Source of the DNA: Schmidtea nova
Lineage: Eukaryota
DNA: 64,000 nt
Assembly (NCBI GenBank): GCA_044892505.1
Contig: CM097883.1
Coordinates: 419,492,001 to 419,556,000, forward strand
Direction: 5' to 3'
The position numbers and the translations under genes are program-made. The notes under the pieces are model-generated. The model saw nothing but the letters and a program-made list of their open reading frames with translations, had not been told where the DNA came from and searched no databases. Shown here one piece after another: positions 12,529-25,142 of this stretch (the stretch's first letter is position 1; each line of letters begins with the position of its first letter).

Positions 12529-13916
12529 GTTTTGTAACAGAATTAAAGTTAAAAAGATTAATTTATTTTTCAAATAAACGTACAAAATATAGATTATAAC
12601 CGATTGGCGGTCACTGCAAATTTGGCAATGATTTTAATGTTTTTCAGAAAAAGAAGGTAAATTATAAGGATGTGTTGATCAACTTTTCATTTAAAGTACC
12701 AGTTTTTCATATTTTTTCAATTTAAATCTGATTTTTCTTTCCTATAACTATTCAAGAAATTTTATTTGTTTTAACTCGTATTGTGCTTATCAAAAAGGGG
12801 CAAAAAGAAAATAATGTAAGCAGGGTTAGCTGGATATTTTATCAAACATCATTCAAAACATTTTCGGTGGTGTCTTTAAACATTTATGAGCAAAAAATAA
12901 GGAAATTTATTTTAATTTTATTAAAATAATTAAAGATTTGAAATGGCTAAAATAGGAGGTTATTTTAAAATGGAAAGTTTGGTGTAATCACAATTTATTA
13001 CTAAAATAGTAATGCTGAGTATGCCTGAATAGTAAATAATATTATAAATAAATGGAATAACTTGAGGGTAATCCGATAGGGTGATTGAGAAATCATTCTG
13101 GAACCTGGCGGAGAAAACTGAAAAGCAAAAAAATTAAGAAATGAGAATATGGCAGCGAAATAAAAGAAATCAAACAATTATCCAGAAAAGGTCATTCCTA
13201 ATTAATAAGTACAGAAAAAAAAGAATTCCAAAGCTGGAAAACAAAATCGACATCTGACAGCTGTCAGAGATAACGGGTAACTGAAAAAAAACTTTTGGAA
13301 AATGCCAGAGGCAAAAATGAAAAAAAAACAAATTATACCGAGTGCCGAGCTTATATGGGTAACACGAGAGCTGAAAAAGAAAATGGGAAATGCCAGAGGC
13401 AGGAATGAGGAAAAACGAATTATCATGAGTGCCAGAGAATAGCGAACTAAAAAAAAGTGAAAAAACATCAATTTTACGACAGAAGTTTTATGGCAAGAAT
13501 TTGTGAGAGAAACTTATTGAGAAATTTATCGAGAGAAATTGATTAAGATAAATTGACTGAGAAATTGATTATTGAGAAATTTTTTTATAGACTTTATAGT
13601 GTTTTTTACAAATAAATAGAAAAAAATTTGAAGATATTTTTACCTTGACATGACGTGTTTGACACGCTGTAGAACAAAGACCATGAGTCATAACAACAAG
13701 TATGGCGCATCATCTTGTAACCTGAATCACGTCTGATTCGATCAATGAGTCATCGCGATGACCCATTGTGTCACCGATGAATCATTCCTTTATGAGCCAG
13801 AGCTCTTACAACTACATACTTATGGCATTAATACTTTTTGATTATTTGGAAGAGTGGTACACAAACCTTTTACTAACCGGTATAAAATAGAAAGAAAACT
13901 AAGGATTAGTGGCACA

Positions 13917-14372
13917 CAGGGTCGGCTTTAGCTAAAGACGGTGGACGCAAAGTATCGGTGCGCTTCTTGTAAAGGGCCCTTAAAAAATCAGAATTTTAGT
14001 CTGTCAAAAAAACCATTAAAACATTTTTAGGTTAAAATGTAATTCAAAATGTAATTGATGAATTTGCAAGTTTAAAAGCTAGAAAAGTAAATATCTAGAA
14101 TAATAGTTTTGTCTGATCTTATACAAAATTTTATTCATTGTATATTATGTTACAGAATAATATTGTTTCAATAAAATAAAAAATATTTAAACAAAATAAA
14201 ATCTGTATTCCAGTTGAAAAAGAATTATTAATTTTTTAATGTTTTTATTACAAATTTAACATTGCAAATTGAATTACGCTAAGTCTAAAATCTCAATAAA
14301 ATAATACTCCTAGAAAATGGGCTCCTAAAATGATTTTAACACCGGGCGCTATAAATGCTAGAGCCAGCCCTG
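13917..14372 (+). mobile_element. Non-autonomous hAT deletion derivative
   Basis: TIRs CAGGGTCGGCTTTAGC / GCTAGAGCCAGCCCTG with 8-bp TSD GTGGCACA/GTCGCACA. It retains the transposase C-terminus VIDEFASLKARKVNI*. Confidence 0.9.
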
Positions 14373-14579
14373 GTCGCACATTTTGAAATCTTTTACGGAA
14401 TACTAATATATTTTTTCGAATTTTTAAAAAAAAATTTTAAAAACATAAATCATTGAGTTCATGAAATGAAAAAAATACTTTCCATTCAACGTGATATTAA
14501 CGTAAGCATTAAAAAATTCATGTCAAAAAGACAAACTTATTTCGGGTCACATTCTAAATAAAATGTAAATTATTCGTTT

Positions 14580-15392
14580 TGTTGGGGTTAGCATAAAAAT
14601 AACAAAAGTACCAAGAAGTAATAGTAAAAACAAAGAAATATCAAAATAAATAAAAGTGCAAATATTAATTAAAATTTATCAAATATTTAAGATTATTCAT
14701 TGGGGGAAATGGGTATCGTTGAATGCCAAATCAAAAGACGAACCCAAAAATAATAATAAAAATTTAGTAAAGGGTCCCCAGAGAAAGTTATTTAATAAAA
14801 ACAAACTAATTAAAATTAATTATTCGCTCAATGGGAAACCCGAGACAATGGAAAGCCCGAGGCAATGGGAAACCCGAGAGGTGAGGAAAGCCCGAGCGCA
14901 GTAGAGACCCGAGAGATCAAAGTTGGGAGATTGTGCAGGGCAATTATGGAAAATCCACCTGAGCACAATCACAATAATTTGTTATTAAAACAATTAAGCC
15001 CGAGATTGGGTAACTTTGAGTTATCGATAAAACTTAATTGTTATTTGCGAGGTGTAAAAGGCAGCGCAAAGTAGAAGGAACAGGAGAAAAACGAACTGAG
15101 AGCCGACGAGCTGAGAGTTAAAACAGAGAGTATTAAAAATTACTGAAAACTAACAAAGAGAGAGATCTTGAGGAATCCAAGAGAGACAAAGTGGAGAAAA
15201 TATTTTATCATAGAGAATCAAATCCGAATCCAAAGAGAGAGCGCAAATTGGTCAGGAGTGTCCGTAACAGAAGTTGTAATTTGTGGTGATCGTTTAATAA
15301 ATTGTTCTGTGTTGGGTTCATTAATTTCGATAATTAAAGAACACGAGGAGTCAGGTCAGTAAACCGATCTTAAACATAATAATAACCCAACA
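14580..15392 (+). mobile_element. Solo LTR
   Basis: TGTTGGG...CCCAACA inverted termini, 4-bp TSD GTTT, internal short CCCGAG repeats and AATAAA near the 3' end. Confidence 0.8.
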
Positions 15393-15624
15393 GTTTTACA
15401 TTTTTCTATTTTTCTCTTTTTTGTGAAAATTATCCTGGCATTTTATATCCTAGTCCTTTTACTTATACCAACTCGGATAATGGACAGTAAAATATTGCTG
15501 ACCTTGTTGGTAAAGAATCCAATGGAATTTAACAATATATTAATATTACAAATTATCAACAATAAAAAATATGCATTTTACATATTACAGATATTTATGC
15601 AAAAATCGGCATTGGAATTTTATG

Positions 15625-16455
15625 TCAATTCCAAAAATGTGTATGATATTGGACAACAAATGAACCCTTTTCATAATAATAATTTCTACACAATTTTCTT
15701 TCAGTTGAATTCATCCGATTTAAGTCCTTGCAAAATGAGGGAGTGTCAATTTTTTCAGAATAATCAAAAGGGTTGAAAAACAAACTCGGATAGATCGTCG
15801 TTCGCTTATTATTATGGAACTTTTTCATAAACGTTGCAAGCATTTTAGTTAACATGATAGGACCTGTCATTTCTTCGGGTGTGAGCTTTCTGTGGGAGTT
15901 CTTCATTATGTTCTGTATTACATCTAACCAAAATGGATCTCCTTTTTTTGAATAAAATAGAGAATTCTCTACATACAAAACTTTGTTACCCATCGTTCCA
16001 AATGCTAATGAAGAATTGTCTAACAGATGCTCAAATGGCCGCAAACAATCTGCATCCAAATCTGCATAAATGCCGCCAAAATGATGCATGTAGAAATATC
16101 TTATTGAATCAGCCCGATAAATTGGTCTTCGAAACTCATCATAGGTTTGTAAAAACCAAGGATAATAATTTTTGATGAGATCCCTGTTACCTTCGTCTGT
16201 CCAAAGAATATATTTCCAATTCGGAAAACATTTTCTCCACGATTTCGAGTATTGTGAGAAAAAACTTGGCAAATTCGAATTTTTCCAAGATTGATGGATT
16301 ACCCTAATAACCCCTTCGGGTTGTTGTAAAAGTTTCTGACAAATATTTCTTACGCTGATTTGTCGGATTACGAAAATATATGATAAGATTAAAATAATAC
16401 AAAAAATTCGCGATTTTGATAAAATCTTCATTGGAATTATTCCTTTCAAAGTCAT
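15625..16455 (-). CDS. GT32 (DXD, SUR1/CSH1/OCH1-like) glycosyltransferase, type II membrane, copy 1
   Basis: Intact intronless ORF from ATG 16455 (MTLKG..., 276 aa) with an N-terminal TM. Motifs IHQSWK, YILWTD, RADSIRYFYMHHFGGIYADLD, EMTGP and terminal YHTHFW. Confidence 0.9.
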   Translation of the reverse strand: MTLKGIIPMKILSKSRIFCIILILSYIFVIRQISVRNICQKLLQQPEGVIRVIHQSWKNSNLPSFFSQYSKSWRKCFPNWKYILWTDEGNRDLIKNYYPWFLQTYDEFRRPIYRADSIRYFYMHHFGGIYADLDADCLRPFEHLLDNSSLAFGTMGNKVLYVENSLFYSKKGDPFWLDVIQNIMKNSHRKLTPEEMTGPIMLTKMLATFMKKFHNNKRTTIYPSLFFNPFDYSEKIDTPSFCKDLNRMNSTERKLCRNYYYEKGSFVVQYHTHFWN

Positions 16456-19400
16456 TGCAATTGAGAAAGTTGTGGAACACAATAGTATGTCCAACTTAGG
16501 TTGATCTTTAATTTCAACAGACTGTCCAAAAAAATTTAATGTGCTAGAATATTACAGATAAAATACAATAAGAAAATAAAAATAAAATAATAATGCAAAA
16601 TATTATTGAAAAACAATATTAAAATGTAAATATTTCAATAAACATCAACGGACATTTGATAAAAGCCTTAATGGCATTATATCGAATCTTCATTTACCCC
16701 TGTTTTCATACAATAAGTCATACATAAGTCTCTATAATACATGCAGTTGTTTACACCTACTTGTGAGTCATCAATGTTATTTTCATTTATGAAAATTTAG
16801 TCATTTTTAAAATTTAATTTATAAAGATATCTTTTAGGGCTTATATTTTTATGAGATTTGTATTTTTAATCTCATAATGATATGAGATCATTATAAAAGC
16901 TTTTGTTGGTAACATTAGCAGGATCTAATTCTATGGTGACCAAAATAACTGTTGTATTTACCAGTAGTTACCCGTCGCAAGCAACGTTGGTAATGTAACT
17001 ATTGGGCAAAACTACTCGCAAAAAGTGAGCACTGTTACCAGAATTATAATTAATAGAGTAATTTCTATGGGTCCAAGCGCTATATACATAGAAGATATGT
17101 GCTCATTTTTGATATTCGGTTCTTTTTCTTTCACAAAAATGCTTTAGCTTTTTAATGTTCGTTCGCAAATCTTATTTTAACTTCCTACTGCTCATACTAT
17201 TGTTTTTATCCGAGAAACTATGAAAATATATTTGATTAATCGAACACAGATTTAATATGTTAATAATCACGAAATCATTTGTAGCACTATACGATAAATA
17301 TCAATCAGGATGAGCAAAGCAAAAAAAATTTGAACAACGATGCTCTTCCTCTGTTCTATTTCTCAGTTGTAGAGAGTTGTCTTTCTTCTAAAATTAATTA
17401 TTCTCAAAATTTCCAAAAAAACACATTGTTTTTCGTGAAATTTTATCAAATTCTCAAATAAGTGCTAAAACTACTGAAAAAGGCACTGCTATATTTTTCA
17501 TTTCAGAGCATTTAATTTAATTGATTCAGTAAAAAAACAAATGCTTTTAGAACGTTTTTTTTATTTTATTTTCTTTAAAAGTTGAATATTTTATTTTTAC
17601 TAAAATAAATTTATATTTATGAATAAAATTTTATTCATTACTTTAATAAATTTTATTTTTACCAAATTTTATATTTTACATAAATTTTAACCGCTTTTAA
17701 TTTTAATTTTTACTATTTACTTTTACATTGTTTTACATTTATACTATTAAAATTAATATAATTAATTTTTAAAATTTCTGAATTGTTATATTTTCTTAAT
17801 TCTTTTATGAGTTTTTTGTTAATTTGTTTTGTCTGTGTTTATTCGTGTTCACTTCTTGCTTTTGTTCATAAATAAATTTTACTTTTGTTTTAATTAATTT
17901 TGTTCTGTGTTTCTAATTATATTTGTTTACTTTGTGTTTGCTCAGATATTTGAGTTTACTTCTTGCGTGGTCGCTATATGCTGTGTCCACGCGGACTTTC
18001 AAATTAATGGGATTCAGTTTTTGCATAACACTGAAAGATTACCTATATTTTATTTTAATTTTAATTTTAATAACTTTGTCAAAAATAATTTACATTAAAA
18101 ATAAGTCAAATTCATTTTTAATTAAGATTTGTCGCTGAATTATTGTGTTTGGATATTCCAAGAAATCTTGGAAGGTGGAAGAAATTTTTACTCTTTTACT
18201 TTATTATTTTTACTTGGTCAATTTCTGAAATTTCATCAAAGTATGATATTTTCAACATTTAAATTTTTTAAAATTTATAACTTTTGAGTTTCAAGTTTTA
18301 TTTTCCATTTCAAACATTGCAAAATTTTATTGTCCTACGTTATCTGAGACTTCAGAAATATCCGAATTGCTATGTAAATATGTAAGATTTTTCATAAAGT
18401 GAAATAATTTGACAAAATTATTTTTCGGAAATTTGAATAAATTTTACGGTGCCATTTCATTATTTTCTCGATAACTCCCCTAGGAAATATTCCAAATGTT
18501 TACTCACAACATGTGCTTTATAAACAAATAAAATTATTATAGAACTTTTAATAATGTAAAAGATGTCGAGTTTTAAAATTCGTAGGTATTGTTAATTGTG
18601 TTGTGTTTATGTGTATTATTTATTTTTTCTGTCACTTTGTCTATGACATATAAAAACTTTTTCCTATGAAAAACCAAAATTTAATACCCACGTAAGTTTT
18701 CATTTCCTATTGATAATTTTTAACATTTATTATAGAAACTCTTATTGTATAAAAAAAGGTGTATAAATAAAAAAACCAGCTTATAAAAATGTATGTGTAT
18801 CCAATCCAAAACTGGCATTAATTTGGAGTTTATAAAATATGGATGTAAATAAAAAATTAATTCATGTAATGAAAGTCAATATTTGTCTTAAAAAAGTGAC
18901 CTTTAACCTTTTTAACATAAAAGATTTTCACATGAAACAGTTTCTGACAAAACCTCATAGATACTCAAACAGGATCGGAGTATGTTTTGATTGCAAATAA
19001 ACATTTAATGTGTCATACGATAACTAAACTTTTCTCCTTTTTTAGATATTATCACAGAATAATTCGCTATTAATTTATTGTGATAACATAATCGCTATGC
19101 CAACATTGATCTCTCTAGAATAAAACTAATGATCCTATTTTATGACTGAAATAGAGAAATCCTCATAGCTTTGGTGCCTCTAAGCTTTCGCTTTCAAAGT
19201 CCTGCCACATTGAATCATTTCCTAAGCCGACCCTGGAAGTATTTTTTCGAAAGCAAAGAACTTATTTACAATACGCAAAACCAGATGTCTTTTATTGGTA
19301 AATTTGACTACTTTAGAGAAATAAGGATTCCAAAGCCTTGGTGTTCCGAACCAGTGCCATATCGGCTCTCCCTTAAACTGGTGATCGGATATTTTCAATT

Positions 19401-19820
19401 ACTTTATTTTTGAAAATTTCAAGACTAGATCCATAACTTTGTGCAGAAAAGAAAATATGCTCTTTTTTAGTTTTGACCGACTCGAAAATGTTCAAAGAGA
19501 AGCCAAAATTCGGTCTGAGTTGTAATTTATTCAAAGTGACTAAATACAAAAATCTTAGTGACAATAATTGCATTGAAAACCTTGAAATCTATTTGTATAG
19601 TTTTGAACTTCCTTGTCTCTAGCCGGCGTAGAGCCGTAGAATTCGGCAGTTTAATAAGTCAATCATAAACAAACTTAATTAAACAATAAAAGTTTCATTT
19701 TATTTATAACTGCTATTTATAATGCCAGACGTGAAACTAGTTAATTCCTGTTTGTCGGGTAAGACCTACTTCGACCGCTACTTTTTATTAATTCTTTCGC
19801 GGCCTCTCTAAAACTTATTT

Positions 19821-21296
19821 ATGCAGCAGGATCAAATTATCATTCCGTCAAATAGAAATGCCTTTATCAAATTTATGATTTCAATAAAGCTCCTAATTAT
19901 TAGCATTGTATTTTTGACAAACTACAGTTTCTTTATCCTCAAGATCACCCCTCTCGATGGTCGATGCAGCGGGATCCCGGAAATAATCACAAGTGCCATG
20001 GTGATTGTAAAGATGACAAATATCGTGTTGATTATTTACAACGCGAGAATCAATTACAGGTTCAGAAATTTGAGGATCCGAAATCCCGTTGAACGGCCGA
20101 TAATTCTGTATTTGATTTGCTTGCCACTATTGGTGATTTCGATGATCTGTATTTCTATGAGTGTTCTTCATACAACCTTTTCTTCATACAACTCCGGTCT
20201 GGACAAGTCCGTTGATTGTGGGTTCTCAATCATAAATCTAATGGCGGTCCTTTTGTTCATTCTTGATATGAGTGGATGCAGGAACACTGGAGAGGAATGG
20301 TTGATGAGTTATATGAATTTTTTGATTATCATAATCACGATTTGTACGATGTCAATGGAAGCGTTGAAAACCCTTTCTAGTAAAATGTCGAGAACTTATT
20401 CACATTTAATTTACAAATATTTCAATATCTCTCTAATTGAACAGAGCAAATCTTTTTTTTCACCATCTATAATCCATACAGTTTATGTTATTGAAGAAGA
20501 CTCAGTCATAATGCTTCTCTTGGCTCTCTTTCCTTATCTGATTGTTTGTTTGGATCAACATATGAAAAATATGCAGAAAAGTATATCAAAAGAAAACGTT
20601 CCACAAGCACTTTATGTAAGAAACCCAACCTTTCTTTCTAAATCCGGACCTATCACTGTCATTGTATTTACTGGTTATGAACTTATCTTGATAATCTATG
20701 GTAAACTGATCCACAATTGGGGCGACGAGGTATGGATTTATAGAGGAGTAGACGGCTTGAAATTTATATTTATAATGATAAACATTCTATTAATGTTCCA
20801 TGAAGTGCGTCCTTGGTTCAGTGTCGAAGAAAATAGGTTTTATGATTTGAGAAAACTTTTCATCTATTTCGGAACATTTGGGAACATAACCAAAGCGGCC
20901 GTCTTTATTTTGTTTAATGTTTATCAAATTTTTACGAAAGACGTTTTTCAACATTCATCGTTGTCATCAAATTGTTCCTTCATTGTAATGTATGCCGAAG
21001 ATATTTTACAAACTATTTTCATGAGCTCTATGATCTTGTTGATCCTCGAAAGGAAACCGAAACCATTTCAGAAAAATTCCTGGAGTTATAAATTTTGTAC
21101 ACCAATTTTGTTGCTGATGAATAGAATTAATGAAATAATTCGATGTAGTCTCTATCTGCTTATTGAAAGGGGACAATATCTTGAGGTCAACCTCATTCTG
21201 CTTGGGAGTTATTCTTTTATCCAACCAATCGTATTGTTCTATAATGTCACTTGCGTCATTATTCTCGCATCAACAATATGCTCAATGGCCAATTGA
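19821..21296 (+). CDS. Intronless polytopic membrane protein, probably divergent otopetrin-family proton channel
   Basis: Intact 491-aa ORF with about 11-12 hydrophobic segments in two halves. C-terminal FIQPIVLFYNVTC resembles otopetrin PxxIFYRxHS, and ILQTIF resembles QxxxQxxFI. Confidence 0.5.
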   Translation: MQQDQIIIPSNRNAFIKFMISIKLLIISIVFLTNYSFFILKITPLDGRCSGIPEIITSAMVIVKMTNIVLIIYNARINYRFRNLRIRNPVERPIILYLICLPLLVISMICISMSVLHTTFSSYNSGLDKSVDCGFSIINLMAVLLFILDMSGCRNTGEEWLMSYMNFLIIIITICTMSMEALKTLSSKMSRTYSHLIYKYFNISLIEQSKSFFSPSIIHTVYVIEEDSVIMLLLALFPYLIVCLDQHMKNMQKSISKENVPQALYVRNPTFLSKSGPITVIVFTGYELILIIYGKLIHNWGDEVWIYRGVDGLKFIFIMINILLMFHEVRPWFSVEENRFYDLRKLFIYFGTFGNITKAAVFILFNVYQIFTKDVFQHSSLSSNCSFIVMYAEDILQTIFMSSMILLILERKPKPFQKNSWSYKFCTPILLLMNRINEIIRCSLYLLIERGQYLEVNLILLGSYSFIQPIVLFYNVTCVIILASTICSMAN

Positions 21297-21344
21297 ACAG
21301 TTTTTATTCATTTGGAATATATTTTAAATCAAGAGTATATTTTA

Positions 21345-21367
21345 TGTATGTATGTATGTATGTGTAT

Positions 21368-21406
<39 letters not shown>
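21345..21406. repeat. (TATG)n and (TA)n microsatellites
   Basis: Seen directly. Confidence 0.9.
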
Positions 21407-21411
<5 letters not shown>

Positions 21412-21719
21412 GAAAAAGAGTACTAAATAAAATATGATTAAATGGTGTCTTCAAACTCTAGTATTCATAAATAACAGAGACCTTAAATGACATTTTAATT
21501 TTAAAAATATCACATTATGTCTGATAAGTAGCAATATAAGTGTTGCCCCCAATATTGAAAGGTGAATGTCAATTTTAAAATATTCTGTTTCTGCAATGTA
21601 CAAGATGCATTGCGTTGTTTAGGAAACGTTTTTGGGAAATGGGTAATGAAGCAGTGTGATTTGAGATGAAATTGAAGTGGAGATAAGGGATGTTTTTGGT
21701 GAAGAAGATCCTGTATAGG

Positions 21720-24700
21720 CAGCGGCGTATTTACCTGTAGGCAGATTAGGCATTTGCCTAGGGCCTCGGATTTATAAGGGCCTCCAAAATACAAAAAAAA
21801 ATTATAATTTTTTTTTTAAAAAAAAACAATATTCGTAGCATTTTACATTTTAAACTTTAACAGTTTTAAAATTGTCAGAGTTTAAAACCTTTTGGAGCCT
21901 CAATTTCAATTTACAAAATAAAATTAGTAGGCCTTTACAAAATAAAATATATGATATACAAAATATTGATTGGATGTTGCTTTTTTCCTTTTTGAATATG
22001 TTCAAATTCTTTTACTTATAAGAATTTATAAGAAAAAATAACAAATAGGATAAAAGCAACATCCAAGCAAGGTTTGAATTTTTATATTTTGAATATAATA
22101 TATTTTATTTTGTAAAGGCCTACTAATTTTATTTTATAAATTGAATTTGAGGCCCCACAAATAGGTTTTAAACTCTGAAAAATTAAAAAGAAAAATAATA
22201 AAATTATTTAAAAAAAAAAACAATAGTCGTAGCATTTCATATGCAATTTCATTTCATTTATTGTTTGAATTTTGTTACGTTAACATCAAATTTTCGTTGC
22301 ATGATTTTGAATATTGAAAATAAATATTTGTACGTATTGATTATTAGCATAATTTTGATTTTAGATTGATATTTTCCGAATAACCAACAGTTTTTTTAAA
22401 ACTACCAAAACCAATCGTTGTTGCTTCTTGCTTTCGTCATTTAATATTTCATAATTCACTCGACAACTATTCCATTTTATTTTTAAAAAAAAATATTGAC
22501 AAATATACGTTAAAATGAAAAGAACTTTCGAGTCTGGCGCACAAAAACGATTGCGAAAAAAAATTCAATTGAAGGAAAACGAAAAGCAAAGAAACTCCCT
22601 TGCTAAATTTATGTCTTTGGATAAAAATGTTCCATCTACCAGTACTGCGGCTGCAGATAAAACTGTTTCACTACCAGTAATAGCTGATAGCGATGTTAAT
22701 CTTTCGATAAGCAGTCTTTGTGCAGAAGTAGGTGCAAGTGATAATTGCGTTGCCACTACCAATGACATTGAGGTTGAAATTGAGAGTGAAGTAGTAAGTA
22801 CAAATACTTATCCTATCTTTACTGACATTGGTTTATGGCCAAAAATAATTACTAATGATGTGATTGAACATTGTATCTGTACAAAACCCAAAAATGTGGG
22901 AGATTTAGAGTCTTCTAAAAAATGGTATAAAGATAACAATGATCAACAAATATACCGAAAATTAAATGATGTACATTTTTATACGACTAAAATAAACGGA
23001 GTCCAAGAGCTTAGAGAATGGTTGATTTATTCTGAAACAACGAAATCTGTTTATTGCTTTGCTTGTAAACTATTTAGTAAAAAATCTAATGTTCTAGTTT
23101 CAGGATATTCAGATTGGAAAAATATTGTAGACGTTTTGAAAAGACATGATGAGTCGAAAGAACATAAAAGTTGTATGTGTGCTTATGTTCGTCGTGCTAA
23201 AATAAGTGGTCGCATCGATTCCAAACTTTTACAGGTAATAGAAAAAGAGTCAATTTATTGGCGAGAGGTATTAAAACGAGTCGTTGCTACAGTTAAACTT
23301 TTGGGAAGTTTGGGTTTAGGGTTCAGAGGACATGATAATTCTTCCAAAGGCAATTTTTTCAGCTGTATTGAATATTTGACTGAATTTGATGACTTCTTAA
23401 AGGTTCACTTAGAAAAATACAGTAATTGCGGAAGTGGGCATGTTAATTATTTATCTAAAAGCACGTGTGATGAATTTATAGAACTTATGGGCAAAACCGT
23501 ACAAAAATCCATTGTTGATGAAATAAACCAAGCTAACTATTTTGTTCTTATAGTTGATTCCACGCCTGATGCAAGCCATACTGACCAGTTAACTATTATT
23601 ATCAGGTACGTAGATCTGGATCAAAAAATTCAAGAAAGGTTCATATGTTTTATTTCGATTGAACATCATGATGCAACATATTTAGAAAAAACTATTTTGT
23701 CCGCCTTGTCAGAATTAGGGTTGAACATTAATAATTGCCGGGGACAAACGTATGATAATGCTGCGAACATGTCAGGCATTTATAACGGTCTCCAAGCCAA
23801 AATTAAATGTTACAGCAAAAATGCTGAATTTGTACCTTGCGCAGGACATTCTTTAAATGTAGTTGGAAATACAGCAGCAGAATGTTCTTCTAAAGCTATT
23901 AGATTCTTTGATTTTATTCAAAATTTGTTTGTTTTTTTTTCCTCTTCGACAAAGAGATGGGATCAGCTAATGAATACTGATCAAAAATTAAGCCATAGTT
24001 TAAAACGTATATGCGACCCTCAATGGTCATCTAGAGCTGAAGCTGTATTAACTGTAAGAATGAATTTTTCTTCCATAAAAACTGTTCTTGGTGAAATTTG
24101 TATTAACCCATCTGAAAAACCCATAGCAAAAATTGAGGCGAAAAAATTACATAGCAGTTTTGAAGATTTAGAGACGGCTCTGTTATTGATTTTTTGGAAT
24201 ACGCTATTGCAAAGAATCAATGCCACCAATAAGTCGTTACAAAGCAAAGAATGTAACTTACAAAAAGGAACATATTTATTGAAATCTTTATCAGAATTCA
24301 TACTTAGTATTCGAACTAATGATGCATATTTTCACCAAATGGAAAAAGAAGCAATCGAATTATCTGGTAGTACAGAATACTCAACAGCAAAAAAATCGAA
24401 ACAGGAAAAGAAAAATACTATTCGATGAAACTTCTGATAATGACACAATTTTATGTGGGAAAGAACTTTTCAAAGTTGAAACATTTTACTCAATTTGTGA
24501 TACTTTAAACTCTGAAATAAAAAGAAGGTCTGTAGTTTATGACAAGGTATTAGAAAAGTTTCTAATATTTGTTGATTTAGATTTGCCTGAAGAAAAATTT
24601 GCTCAGTGTGTATCAAATTTAGCTGAACACTATAAAGATGACATAAATCAATTAGTATTCAAAGATGAGGTTGAACAGTTCCTTCATTTTGTAAAATTGG

Positions 24701-25131
24701 AAAAATTATTAACACTTCCTGAAATGTATGCATCAATTCTGGAAGGTTTATCATCAACATTTCCAAACGTTGAAATAATCCTAAATTTTTTTTAACAATC
24801 CCAATTGCAAATGCGTCTGGTGAGAGATCATTTAGCATTTTTAAGCGGGTCAAAAACTACCTAAGGACGTCACTTGGCCAAAAAAAACTAAATCACTTAG
24901 CTATCATGGCAATTGAAAGCGATCTAGTCGAAAAAATTAACTATGACTCCTTAATTGATAATTTTGCAAATAATAAATCACGAAAAAAAATATTATAAAT
25001 GGGCTTTCTTTGGTCAAAATTTAGAAACTAAGCCATGAAAAAAAAAATATTTATTATTTAAAAAAAAATCTTAGAGGGGCCACAATAATTGATTTTTGCC
25101 TAGGGCCTCAATTTGTTAAAATCCGCCTCTG
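21720..25131 (+). mobile_element. Full-length hAT transposon (ZMYM1-like/Tip100-Blackjack type)
   Basis: TIRs CAGCGGCGTATTT / AAATCCGCCTCTG, perfect 8-bp TSD TGTATAGG (21712-21719 / 25132-25139) and subterminal TTGCCTAGGGCCTC at both ends. Confidence 0.97.
22515..24998 (+). pseudogene. hAT transposase (TTF zinc finger, DUF4371, DDE, dimerisation domain) with two frameshifts
   Basis: YCFACKLF, FRGHD, VDSTPD, TYDNAANMSG, CAGHSLN, SGERSFS, LAIMAIE. Shifts near 24390 and 24790 fall in homopolymer runs. Confidence 0.92.
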
Positions 25132-25142
25132 TGTATAGGTTA

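Noticed and set aside
12983-13610. Region with short GCCAGAG/GAGAAATT repeats as a solo LTR
   Set aside because: The termini lack a matching TSD, so it cannot be classified.
15933-16175. Identical 80-aa plus-strand ORFs (also 32084-32326)
   Set aside because: Antisense shadows of the duplicated GT32 CDS.
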